A stretch of 64,000 bases of DNA from Paraspadella gotoi (Eukaryota > Animalia > Chaetognatha). The translations under genes and the position numbers were made by a program. Within the stretch, counting starts at the first letter, position 1. Each line of letters opens with the position of its first letter. Below, one piece after another: positions 1 through 12,145 of the stretch. The DNA lies in contig CM119270.1 in assembly GCA_051294375.1 (NCBI GenBank), positions 19,152,600 through 19,216,599 on the forward strand. Direction: 5' to 3'. Below the pieces are notes generated by a model that saw only the letters and a list, made by a program, of their open reading frames with translations, was not told the DNA's origin and searched no databases.

Positions 1-885
1 ATTCATTATTATTTTCTGACCGTCTTTCATTTGACCCTACCCTACCCTACCTCTATGGTCTGTCTGTCTCTCTAAATTTGGGAGAGACTTTTAAGCAACC
101 TTTAGTTCGTTTTTTTTTACTTTCTGTAAACGGTTAGTCGCGTCGTGTTTTACAGGTATTTTATGCGACAATAAATTGTTTGTAAGCATTTTCTTCGTTT
201 TTTACTGATTAATTTTCAAGGGACGTGCGACGCCTTGAACGCCAGATTTGGCTAGCGTGAAATCAAAGAAAATTTCACAAGGAGCATTTTTACAAGGTTA
301 AACTGCCTTCTGTTCTGTGTTACTTCTAAATTCTAGGTACATAGTAGTTAGTAGTTTTTTTTTTAAAGATTGTGAAATTTCACGTCTCGTTCAATCTTTG
401 GTGATAAATTCAACAACAACAACAAAAAATGAATCACGCAGGAAATTTCAAAGATTATTTTAACAGCACATTTATTGATCCAGTAAGAATCGAAAACTCG
501 TATCTATCAATTGACTTCTCGGACTGCAATGTTATCCGACGGAAACTCTTCCAACTGCGATGCAATGTTATCCGACGGAAACTAGTTTACGCGATTCGGT
601 TTCACCTTTTTATCTTTCCAAAGTCCAGTTGCTGTCTTTTATTTTGCAGATGGCGCTTGATCTCTGTGCCCAAACAAAAGACAGTATCGCTCGTCAAAGA
701 AAGTATAACTTCGTTTTTAACTAAAATTTTTTATAAAATTGGAAAAATCTCAAAGGACTCGGCTTTATTAATCGTCAAGATGTCATCGCTGGTGATCCAC
801 AAACCGATAGCAAATTTTTAAAAAAATTAAGGTTTAAAGCTGCTTTCTGTTTGCTAAAAACAATCGCGATGAGATAGGCCAAAAG

Positions 886-2536
886 TTAAATTTTAAGACC
901 AGATTCATATAGCTCATAAAGAGGTGTTTGCACTAAGTATAATTCTGTTTCCAAAAATTTTTTGATAAGTGAGTCAAAACTTATAAAAAAGGTAAAAAAC
1001 GTGAAAAGTAAAGAACGTGAACATAGAAAGTAGCACACAGATAGGCTTGAGAGACAAGAGGCAGTAAACGAAACATGAAGAGTAAAATAAACAGAATTGC
1101 AACGGCATCTCGTCAACACATATAAATATTAATGGTCTTAAAGTATATTACTTTGCTACCAAATATAAACTCAATTGATGATCTATATTTATAAAATTAG
1201 GTCAAAAATCATATTTTAGCAATTTCTTTAAATACTTAAAAAATTATAGCGGTTAGAAAAGTGCATCAAATTTATATTTATTAGTGGCATAATAAAGCCC
1301 TTTTTAAACTCTATAGAATGTGTAGTATTAAATTTCTAACAAAGATTTTAATAAAGTTATTTAAGATTAATTTAAAAAATTACTTAAAAATTCACATAAT
1401 TTTAATCCTTAAAAATTAATAATGAAGAAAGTATAATATAAAATTAGATAAATAAGGTATCTAAAATATAGTATTTTTTGCGCTCTTGAAGATGAGACTA
1501 ATTACAATTGATTTTACGGACTACATCATAACAATTTTGTCAAAAAAATTTGGTTTTTTTTCAGAGGTGCTGGCAATTAATACAATTTTAAAAAAAGATG
1601 GTGAAAAATTAGTACATGGTGGGGTCACAATTTGTACTATAGTGCTAAACTCGGTTAAAAAGATGGCACAATATGGCTAAGTCTAGTGCACAACGTACAT
1701 ATGAGCAAAAGTAACAACCAATTAATTTGGCTCACAAACAACTTTAATCGGACAAAATCAGCAGGAGACAGTTTTGCCACATTATTTTTCATTGTCCTAG
1801 TTGTTTTTTTAAAAACTTCAAAATTAGGAAAAAAAATCAAATCTAAAAATATGTCACTTAAAATATATAAGAAACATTGTTAAACTATATATTAAGATAA
1901 TTTTTTCATTAAAGATACAGAAGGGCCTTTGAAGATGGATTAACTTTGGTGATCCAATGAATTATTATGTTGAAAATCTATTATCTTTGTTAGGAAGTTG
2001 ATAGCAAATTATTTTTTAAAAAAATTAAAAATTATGTTTAGTTGGTTTTTAAACAAAATAGCCAATTATTCTTATCTCCATAATTAATTCTTTTTAAATG
2101 TTTCTAGTTTTAATTTTTATTAATTTGTTAGAATTAGCATTATTGGAAGCAACAAAAATACTAAAATAAATAAATTGACATTTTTTTCAAACATTTTTGC
2201 ATTAACGGCGTCTGTCATATTTTTAAAGAAAATCAATATGTGAGCATCGACAATGTTTATAAATGTACTAATATTTTTATATTTTAGTCTCTTTAGCATT
2301 TTGTTGTATGCCAAACAAAACTTTCCACTGTATAGAGTTATTGTCACTTGATAAGGTGGTGAATAGGTAAACTGATGACCGAACTTAAATATCGGGAGAA
2401 AATCAAAGTAAGCAATCAAATTATCAAAATCTGAATATTGATTCAAATAATTTGTTCTTTGTTGAAAATGTCGTAAATATATGAATAATAGCCCATACAT
2501 TACAAATCCAAAAGAAAGCACCATAATTTTTCCCAA
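886..2536 (-). pseudogene. Probable frameshifted continuation of the XK-related multipass membrane coding sequence
   Basis: Same-strand hydrophobic ORFs at 2120-2536 (1-nt offset from the frame of the 417-aa ORF), 1655-1840 and 886-1119. No diagnostic motif. Confidence 0.35.
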
Positions 2537-2561
2537 AAATTTTTAGATCCATTTGATTTAT

Positions 2562-5500
2562 TTAAAATAAATTTAAAATTAAAATATAAAAAGATACAAA
2601 GGAAAAACCAAACATTAAAAATGAATTTTTGCTTGCCCACAATAGCCACAGAAAATGGTGATAAGGGCCTGAAGAATAGTCGGCAAAGATCTTAATTTTT
2701 AATGTAGTTTTACAATATTCTTTATACTCTTCCATAATGTATTTCATTATATGATTCTCGCAAAGTTTAAAAATAAAAACACTAAGTCCTAAAATAATGC
2801 AAAATAATTTTATAATATATACTACTGGTGGTTTGTAAAATAATCTTTGTAGTTGAAAGAAAAAAGTAAGTACCAGAAACACAGGAAATGAAGCTGAAAT
2901 TAAATTGCCATATGCATAAAGTGACCACATCGATTCAATAGCTGCTTTCTCAACTACTGCGCGTCTTAATGTGGATAGTTCAATATCCCATTTGCCCAAA
3001 TATGGCACTTTTTCGCATTTTGGAAATGGTACAACTAAACAAAACATGCCTATTAAATTTATTAATTTTATTGAAGCATATATGTTTAAATATATTATCA
3101 ATGTCAAAAATGAAAGACTTAATAAAACCATTAGATTTTTTTTTATACTGTTTTGAACATACAAGAGGAGAAGGCTATTTAGAGTTCCCAAAACGACTTC
3201 GACCAGCAATAAAATCAAATATGTTACTTGATGGATACTAAAAATGAAATAGTTGCCCAAGTGATAAGCCGAAGAAAGAAAGTACTTTTCTGGTAAAGGT
3301 TGGTCGTTAGTAACAAAGGTAATGTTGCCGGGAAAAATGGCTTTTTTCCACAGCCGCTTATTGATAATTCCTTTTGTTGTAAAAAAATTGTTTGGGTTCT
3401 TATATTTTCTAGTTTTGTAGACAGACAACATTGCGGAAGCGTCATTCACCAAATTCTGCAAACCCCAGTCTTTTACGTAATAATCAACTAATGAAATGTG
3501 TTTTTTCAACAAAAAGATAAAAGAGTAAAGTAGGACATTGATGGCGGGAAGCAGAAGCAGATGAAGGCCTCTACTCATGCAATGGACTCTATAAAGGAGT
3601 CTTTCCCTCTTGTAGAGTCCACAGCCGCTTCCTAAATTTTTCAGTAGACCCCAAGCTTCTCCAGGGGTAAAAACCCTCAGGGGGATAAAGAGTGAAAAGA
3701 AGAAGAAAACCGGGTTCAGGTTTAAGACCGCCTCATAAATCAAAAGGTTGCTGATGGCCATTCCAAAGGTGCCCAGGATGGTGCTAATGATTGAATATAG
3801 TTTGAGGAGTCGCAAATGGTTTGAGCTGGCGGTCCCAAGGGGAAAAGATTTATTTATTTTGGCTTAAGTTTCATTTAAGCATATGACTTAACAGTACCTG
3901 ATGCAATTTAGGTTCTCTATCCTAAATTTGACAGCGGCCGATGCAAACTTAAGAGTCGACAACGCCTATGATGCCAGAATAAAGTGATTAGTAATTGGCC
4001 AGGAACAAAGTGTGGTCGAAGATTCACCCATAAAATACCCTTTCAAAAACATAAAAGATAATATTTCTAAATCACCTATACTAGATTCCTCCATAAATTT
4101 AAAAATTTTTCAGAACGTTTTTGCCTTTTTTTTCTCTTATATTTTTGACACGCGAAAAAGTTTCGCTGATTACGCGAAGGAGAAAGTAAAGAATTAAGAT
4201 TAAATATTACCAATAGTTAGTGTTATGTCCAGAATAGATGAAAAAAAAACCTCGTTTAAAAAGGCTTACCAATGGCATCCTCCACACTGATCGTTCTCTC
4301 AAAAATTTTTTTTAGTCGGATCTGCTTATCAGCAGATCCCGACTCTATAATTCACTTTGTCGGTCCGTCGGTCCGCCCCCTCAATCTTGTCGGGCATTCA
4401 CTTATATCATGTCAGAACATTGAATTATGATAAATTATGCAAAAAAAAAAATAATGTCCATCCGTCCATCCGTCCGTCCGTCCCACCTTAGCAAAAAACT
4501 CCATTTGCTCCTGATTGGATGGGTGGATTTGAATGAAATTATGTATGAGAGTAGGAAAGTGTGTGATTAAGCTGGAAATCAAGTTTTGATGAAATCGTCT
4601 GAGTGGAAATGAGTTTAAATGGAAAAAACAAACAACCTGTTTTACTAATTGATTATGCTTCTTTTTCTTTTTATATTAAATGTAAATTCAAGATGTATTA
4701 ATTCAACAAATAATTAATCCGTTAATTAATCAATTAGTCAATTATTTAATAAATAATTAAATAATCAGTCAATTAATCAATCAATTAATTATTCAATTAA
4801 TCAATTTATTTAGTCATCTATTAATTAATTATTCAATCAATCCATTTATTTATAAATTAATTAAATTTTTAATCAATTAATCAAGTCAATCGTTATTGGC
4901 ATTATTGTCGTCGTCGCCATCATCGTCGTCATTGATTTTGTCATGGTTAGTGACGAAAAGACCTAAAAACAAACATTTCGGATCAAATTAATTAATTTAT
5001 TAATTAAATTATTATTTTAGTTTATATAGTTTGTATTAATCAATTAATTACCGCTAATGATCGTGGGCAGATCAGACATTGTTTGCTCAAACTTGTTTAA
5101 ATACTAGCACGTCAGAAATCTAAGAAGAAACTCCATAGACAGGCATGAAAATATATAAAATGAGGTATCTATACTCAGCATACAACTACAAGAACAACAA
5201 ACAATAGCCACAACTGAAAAAGAATTAATAAAATTAAATAATTAAAACAATCAACATTGGAAACAACCATTTAATCAATTGAAAATAATCAACAACAGTA
5301 AAATCGGCTCACAACAAACCTTTGGTAGCAAAACCACATTGACAAAATGAATCAGTTTCCACCATAGATCCGTTCTCTTTGAGTTCATAAACCTGGTCGT
5401 GACGTGGCATAAATGCCTGGATTGAGTTTTTTGGCATGCAGATCTCTTTACTTTCTCCAGTCCAGGAAAGGACGGCTGATGCTGTCTGGACAACAAGTTG

Positions 5501-6068
5501 GGGAAATGACTCAAGGAAGATATGGATAAGCTCGAGTCTCTCCGCGAATTTTTCTGTACGGAAATATGTGACATGGATTACTAGTCAATGATTTTTAAAT
5601 GATTTAAAATTTTTTTGAAAATTATGCCTCAAGATATTTAGGTTTAATAATAAGAATTTTCCAGCACTAAACAACACTTTTACAATTTAAAGCTGAGATA
5701 CTTGAAATATCTTGTAAATCATACCTTTGAGTATAATGAACTCCACTCGCACTCGCTCATGTCCTTTTCCTGGTAAAGGTCGACCTGATGGAACCACAGC
5801 AAGTCCCATCAGATGTGAGACCATGTCGCTGAGCGACGCCAACAATCTTTGGTCAAATTCGGATACTTAGCCGAGAATCTCCAGACAAACGGAATGCTGT
5901 TAAACAAGAGACTAAACATGAGTTGCTAAGATAAGACGAGTACCGACCCAATAATCCTAAAGTTTTGACTGTCTGAAGTCAGATGCATTACATCGTCCGA
6001 AAGTCTGACAAAGAGGTCCAAGACATGGAGACTCATAGTAAAAACCATCGAGATGATAAGATTTCCAT
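2562..6068 (-). pseudogene. XKR: XK-related protein (Xkr/CED-8 lipid scramblase family), multi-exon, disrupted as assembled
   Basis: Exon 1 6068-5725 carries indels; the clean duplicate at 7736-7526 reads MEILIISMVFTMSLHVLDLLSDFRTMVMH, the XK TM1 DxxxD motif. Exon 2 5580-5320 (AG/GT, phase 1/1) reads ...LELIHIFLESFPQLVVQ..., the XK signature (cf. FLESAPQLVLQ). Further exons lie at ~4303-4270 (ERTISVEDAI, GTAAG donor), 4039-3898 (phase 1/2, in-frame TAG at 3968-3966) and 3825-2562 (the 417-aa hydrophobic ORF). Phases are compatible at the resolved junctions; the 5320-to-4303 link is unresolved. Confidence 0.72.
4312..5098 (+). mobile_element. Non-autonomous Helentron/DINE-1-like element (HINE)
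   Basis: 5' subterminal GTCGGATCTGC (4315) with adjacent inverted copy GCAGATCCCGAC, an internal (GTCC/ATCC)n microsatellite, a 3' subterminal IR GCAGATCAGAC (5067) and a short 3' hairpin GTTTG-CT-CAAAC, flanked by T-runs. This matches DINE-1/HINE architecture. Confidence 0.65.
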
Positions 6069-9000
6069 GTTTTTAATTTTTTTTCTCTAAAAAAAAAAAT
6101 CATTTGTATAGAATGTAAATTCTGAGCTAAATCACTCATAATTTAAATCGTGAGGAGTTTGGTTTCCTTAATTCATTGCCTAAAAAACGACCTGAACAAC
6201 AAAACAACTCCTAAATGAACAAGGGAGGCCACATAATAAAGACCCCACCTAGATTAACAAGGACTTTAACACATCTTTACTTAAGTCTTAGTCTACAGGG
6301 TGGGACCATATATCGAGACAAAACTTAACGTTCTGCCCTGTCTGAAGATTTGATACACACTAATAAAATGAGTGGCAAAGTTTTTTCTGAATTTTACTAT
6401 TATATACAATGAAACAAAATAATTTTTAAGCAACTACAAGGCGTCATGGATGTTTTCAATACATTTAGTCGTTTTTATGCGCAAGCATTGTATTATATGA
6501 ATTGGTACAACCAAATTTAAAAATTATCGCATTCATTTAATAAATAAGCTATCTTTGCCCCTGACTTTGGAACAGGCTTTGGTGGTTTAAAGCCTCCATC
6601 ACTCTTACAAGATATTGACATAGCAGTCCCTGCAAGCGTTTCCAATCAAGACTCTCTCACAGCTCTCGTTTTTCACTCCCAGAGTCCCTGCTTCCCTATC
6701 AATGAAGTGGAAAAATATTCAAAGAATGTTTTCAATTGTATGAAAAGACCACTCCCTTAATATATTATAAAAGTTCGAACCCCTAAGGTCAGAACTTGAG
6801 GGGGTGGATGAGGCGAATTACCCACCGGTCTTCTCTCTCAACCCTTCCTCTCTCCTCTTTCTCGCCTGCCGGTCAACCCACATGGTCACTTTGTCGACAA
6901 TCAATAGGGCCGAGGAAGACCTTAAGGTTCAAGTCGGTCCGGCGATAAAAGTGGACGGAAGCGTTCACTTCTTTTCTACTCTTACACGTCGATTCTCTCC
7001 TGTCTACTAATTTCGTCTTCTCCAACTTTAAACTTGGAATATAATTGAAACAGAGAGAGTAATCGGGTTATAAAATTTTTACATACTATTACTAATACTT
7101 GACTTTTTTTTTCACCAATTCGTAACATTCTAGCGAGGATGTTGCTATGTTATAAACATTTTCTTCAGAGGGTATTATTGCTCTGAAAAGCATTATTTAA
7201 CTTTGAAATTCTTTTACTTTGAAAGTGGACTTAAAATATCAATCCTTCAGTTCCTATTAAAACAATTGAATTGTTTATGTTTAAATATATGCGATTTTAT
7301 TCGAATACAACGAGGTTGATCAGTCAATCATCATCAACAAACAAAACAAACCAAAGACAGACTAAGTCTAGCAAAAAAAAAAAAAAAAAAAAAAAACAAA
7401 CAAAAAAAAACAACATAAAATAGGAGAAAAAACAGTTATTAAATAAAATTAATTAATTAAAATTTAAACAATTAAAAATTGTTCTTATGTTGTAAAAATC
7501 NNNNNNNNNNNNNNNNNNNNNNNNNGATACTTAGCCGAGAATCTCCAGACAAACGGAATGCTGTATAAACAAGAGACTAAAACATGAGTTGCTAAGATAA
7601 GACCGAGTACCGACCCAATAATCCTAAAGTTTTGACTGTCTGAAGTCAGATGCATTACCATTGTCCGAAAGTCTGACAAAAGGTCCAAGACATGGAGACT
7701 CATAGTAAAAACCATCGAGATGATTAAGATTTCCATGTTTTAATTTTTTTTCTTTTTTTTCTCTAAAATAAAAAAAAAAATCATTTGTATTAGAATGTAA
7801 ATTCTGAGCTAAATCACTTTTCCTTAATTCATTGCCTAAAAAACGACCTGAACAACAAAACAACTCCTAAATGAACAAGGGAGGCCACACAATAAAGACC
7901 CCACTAGATTCAAGGACTTTAACACATCTTTACTTAGTCTTAGTCTACAGGGGTGGGACCATATATCGAGACAAAACTTAACGTTCTGCCCTGTCTGAAC
8001 GATTTGATACACAATAATAAAATGAGTGGCAACAGTTTTTTCTGACTTTTTACTATTATATACAATGAAACAAAATAATTTTTTAAGCAACTACAAGGCG
8101 TCATGGATGTTTTCAATACATTTCGTCGTTTTTATGCGCACGCACTGTATTATATGAAATTGGTACAACCAATATAAAAATTATCCATTCATTTAATAAA
8201 TAAGCTATCTTGCTCCTGACTTTGGACAGGCTTTGGTGGTTTAAGGCCTCCATCACTCTTACAAGATAATGACATAGCAGGTCCCTGCAAGCTTTCAATC
8301 AAGACTCTCTCACAGTCTCGTTTATTCACTCCCAGAGTCCCTGCCTTCCCTATCAATGAAGTGGAAAATATTTCAAAGAATGTTTCAATTGTATGAAAAG
8401 ACCACTCCCTTAATATATTATAAAAGTTCGAACCCCTAAGGTCAGAACTTGAGGGGGTGATGAGGCGAATTACCACCGGTCTCTCTCTCTCAACCCTTCC
8501 TCTCTCCTCTTTCTCCGTGCCGGTCAACCCACATGGTCACTTTGTCGGACAAATCAATAGGGCCGAGGAGACCTTAAGGTCAAGTCGGTCCGGGCGTCAC
8601 GATTCTTCTCCTGCTCCTTACTAATTTCGTCTTCTCCAACTTTAAACTTGGAATATAATTGAAACGAGGAGTAATCGGGTTATAAAATTTTTACATACTA
8701 TTACTAATACTTGACTTTTTTTTCACCAATTCGTAACATTCTAGCGAGGATGTTGCTATGTTATAAACATTTTCTTCAGAGGGTATCTCTGAAAAGCATT
8801 ATTTACTTTGAAATTTTTTACTTTGAAAGTGGAAATATCAATCCTTCAGTTCCTATTAAAACAATTGAATTGTTTATGTTTAATATATGCGATTTTATTC
8901 GAATACAACGAGGTTGANNNNNNNNNNNNNNNNNNNNNNNNNNNNNNNNNNNNNNNNNNNNNNNNNNNNNNNNNNNNNNNNNNNNNNNNNNNNNNNNNNN

Positions 9001-9467
9001 NNNNNNNNNNNNNNNNNNNNNNNNNNNNNNNNNNNNNNNNNNNNNNNNNNNNNNNNNNNNNNNNNNNNNNNNNNNNNNNNNNNNNNNNNNNNNNNNNNNN
9101 NNNNNNNNNNNNNNNNNNNNNNNNNNNNNNNNNNNNNNNNNNNNNNNNNNNNNNNNNNNNNNNNNNNNNNNNNNNNNNNNNNNNNNNNNNNNNNNNNNNN
9201 NNNNNNNNNNNNNNNNNNNNNNNNNNNNNNNNNNNNNNNNNNNNNNNNNNNNNNNNNNNNNNNNNNNNNNNNNNNNNNNNNNTCAGTACAATCATCATCA
9301 ACAAACAAAACAAACAAAGACAGACTAAGTCTAGCAAAAAAAAAAACAACAAAAAAAAAAACAAACAAAAAAAAAAACATAAAATAGAGAGAAAAAGCAG
9401 TTAATTAAATAAAATTAATTTAATTAAAATTTAAACAATTAAAAATTGTTCTTATGTTGTAAAAATC
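5862..9467. repeat. ~1.64-kb tandem duplication (5862-7500 vs 7526-9467) across a 25-N gap; probable assembly artefact
   Basis: Both copies start GATACTTAGCCGAGAATCTCC and end GTTCTTATGTTGTAAAAATC. Differences are mainly small indels. The 365-N gap in copy 2 corresponds to about 0 bp in copy 1. Confidence 0.85.
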
Positions 9468-9493
9468 CTGTCTCTTTCACTACTAAGGTTGAA

Positions 9494-9531
9494 CCCTAGA
9501 TATGTCCCTAGATATGTCCCTAGATATGTCC
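9494..9531. repeat. 12-bp tandem repeat (CCCTAGATATGT)x3
   Basis: Read directly. Confidence 0.85.
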
Positions 9532-10539
9532 ATTTATCAACTAGATCGATACAGTTACCATCGAGAAAAAGTATATCATTTAGAATTGTAGTTTGCCACT
9601 TCCCAAAATACATGACTTTCGTTTTTTTGAAACTAAATGTAAAACAAAAATCCTTTGCATATTTTGCACAAATGTATAGATAATAAGATACTGTAGTAAA
9701 TGTATCATGAAAAAATAATTAAAAAAAAATTATAATGTGAATAATATTTAAAAATAAAAATTTAATCCTGTTCCAACACAAGGGTGTTCGTCGTCCCTCC
9801 GATTGTCAGCGAAAAAATGTCTCAACACTTCAAAGACTACAATAAGTCTACAAAGACAACGACAATAACAACGAATAACAACAACGAGGCACCAACGGTG
9901 ACCAGAATCAATCTTAATATGGAGAATTTTAATCTGACAGAGTCTTGATTCCATAAGCTGATGAGGGCTCACCTCAATCATCTTCGCCTCTGACGGCAAC
10001 GGAAGAACCAATTTTTTTTAAGACGCACATTCCGTCGTCTAGCAACCAAAATTGCGATTATCCCTTCCCTCTCTCTTTCTCTCTCGATCGCACTAGTAGA
10101 ACCAACGACCTTCCCCCCGAAAGTTCAACTTACCTCGTTGCGTCTCTCCAGAATTCCTTGTCACCAGATATCGGGTCAAATGACGCCTTGGTCACGGGAG
10201 GCTATGTCACCTGATACCTTTTTGATTCGATCGTTTGTCACGTTTCAAGTTGTTGCATAACCTTATTCTATCATCATGTGACTTCTTGGCGCTTCTGTTG
10301 TCAATTTCTTTTTCGCCGATTGAGGGCACTTGCCTTGTGACCCGTCATCGCATGAAAGCAAATCGTTCGTAGTTGTTCCACGCTATTGTCGCTTATGTTA
10401 CATCCAAGTTGACCACCGCCGCTCGAGTGTCTCTGGTTTTGCTTCCGTCGTTGTCTTCGTCGTCATCGTCGTCGCCGTCTTCATCATCGGATTTGTTTCG
10501 GTCGTCTGTTGATGACGGTGGTTTCGGGTGGCAACCAGG

Positions 10540-10950
10540 AAGTGAGAGAGAGCGAGAGAAAGAGAGAGAGAAAGACAAAAAGAGAGGGAGAGTGAGCGCG
10601 AGGCAACATTATGCCGAATTAAAACCGTCCCACTCAAAAGCTGAGGGAGAGAAAGAGAGACAGAGAGAGAGACTGAGAGACAGAGAGACAAAGAGAGAGA
10701 GACACTGAAAGAGAGAGAGGCAGAGAGAGAGACACACATAGAGACAGAGAGAGAGATAAAGAGAAAGACAGAGCGAGAGACACAGAGAGAAAGAGACACA
10801 GAGAGAGACAGAGAGAAATACAGAGAGAGACACACAGAGAAAGAGAGAAAGAGAGACACAAAGAAAGACAGAGAGAGAGACACCGAGAGAGACACAGAGA
10901 GACACACACAGAGAGACAAAGAGCTACACGGACCGAGAGAGAGACAAAAT
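10540..10950. repeat. Degenerate (AG/AC)n microsatellite tract
   Basis: Read directly. It generates the spurious SL/ER-repeat ORFs. Similar (AG)n tracts occur throughout the window, e.g. 16965, 22430, 23815, 25665, 26610, 29170, 30485, 34430, 35300, 42640. Confidence 0.9.
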
Positions 10951-11050
10951 CAGAGATACATTGATAAGAATACTCAATGATATACTTATATAAATATAAA
11001 CATGTCATACAGACAAGCCGGATTATAGAGAGAGAAGAAACAAAATAAGA

Positions 11051-11194
11051 TTTTTATTGCCAACAACGATTGTTTTTTTTCGACTCTTGATTGCGGTCTT
11101 CTTCAGCACTTAATACAAATCGTATGAAGCGCTGAAGAAGTCGAAGTTGAAACGTGTCCCAAATAAAAATAAACAATTATTGTTGCCAATAAAA
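11051..11194. mobile_element. Inverted repeat containing two opposed hammerhead-like cores; probable Penelope-like pLTR relic
   Basis: Arms TTTTATTGCCAACAACGATTGTTT / AAACAATTATTGTTGCCAATAAAA and CTTCTTCAGC / GCTGAAGAAG. The + strand has CTGAAGA...GAAAC-GT-GTC (11132-11158). The - strand has CTGAAGA-A-GAC...GTC-GAAA. Confidence 0.5.
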
Positions 11195-12044
11195 TTCTTG
11201 GATGGAATCGCCGAATGCTGATTGGCTGAGCTGGAACCGGAATCGATCAATCAGCTTGCAGCTTAAGTTGAAAAAAGATGAAAGTTAAAAAAATGATGCA
11301 AGTTGAAAAATTATGCAAGCGGAAAAGATGATGCAAATTTAAAAAAAATAATAGTTAAAAAATTATTCCTTTGTACAGTTCAGTTTAATCCCTTGCAACC
11401 GATTTTCATGTATTGGCGCAGCCACTGCTTTGGTATGTTACGATTTGTTATAATCAGTTAGAATCACAAATTGAAAGAATTATCGTGATTTATCATCTGA
11501 TTAACTGATTACCGATTAATTATCGTAGGCAGATCAGATATTGTTTGCTCAAGCTTGTTCTCTATCAGAATTCATCGAAAAATTTTAAGATTTACATTTT
11601 TTTTATATATATAGTAGTATAATATTTTTTTAAAAGATATTTTAATACCATAATCTATGCTCATGATAGATTATTTTAACGCTGTATTGCATTAGCTTTT
11701 AAATTTCATCGGCTATGGCTAACAACAACCACACCTTAACAACAACCAGCTTAACACTGACACAGCTAAACAACCCTTTTATATTTTTAGCTATGTTCTT
11801 AAGTTCTTGACACCCGTAATTGAAAAAAAATTGAAAAAAAAAAGTAATAAAGTTTGGGGATTTTGTTTTGAGCCAAATTGTCTAGAAATGAGGCCTGGAA
11901 AGGATAATGGAAGAAAACTGTGCTCTTTATTCCGAAAACGCCTCATTTCAATCATAATGGAAGAAAACTGGGCTATCTATTTTGAAAGCGCCTCATTTCA
12001 GGTAAAATACAGAATTTAATTTGATTTTAGGGCAAAAAATTAAA

Positions 12045-12145
12045 TTAGGGGGTAGAGATAAGGATTACATTAGGGTTAGAGATAAGGATTAGATTAGGGA
12101 TTAGGTTAAGATTAAGGATTAGTGCTAAAGATTAGATTAAGATTT
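12045..12145. repeat. Degenerate TTAGGG/TTAAGA-like simple repeat (similar tract at ~40960-41150)
   Basis: Read directly. Imperfect and interstitial. Confidence 0.6.

Noticed and set aside
150-821. Plus-strand multi-exon gene, ORF 429-821
   Set aside because: Several splice-like signals and a 23-bp direct repeat (525/561), but candidate exons contain stops and no recognisable motif.
886-3815. Mitochondrial insertion (NUMT) or organellar membrane gene
   Set aside because: No nad/cox/cob/atp motifs, Trp is encoded by TGG, and the ORF links through GT-AG introns to XK-motif exons.
5862-9467. Real tandem duplication of the XK gene 5' end
   Set aside because: The copies flank an exact 25-N spacer (typical of overfilled long-read gap filling, e.g. 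PBJelly) and differ mostly by small indels.
10398-11008. SL/ER/RE-repeat ORFs here and at 16825-17256, 22291-22772, 23707-24082, 26478-26738, 30321-30825, 35212-35565
   Set aside because: Translations of (AG)n/(CT)n microsatellites.
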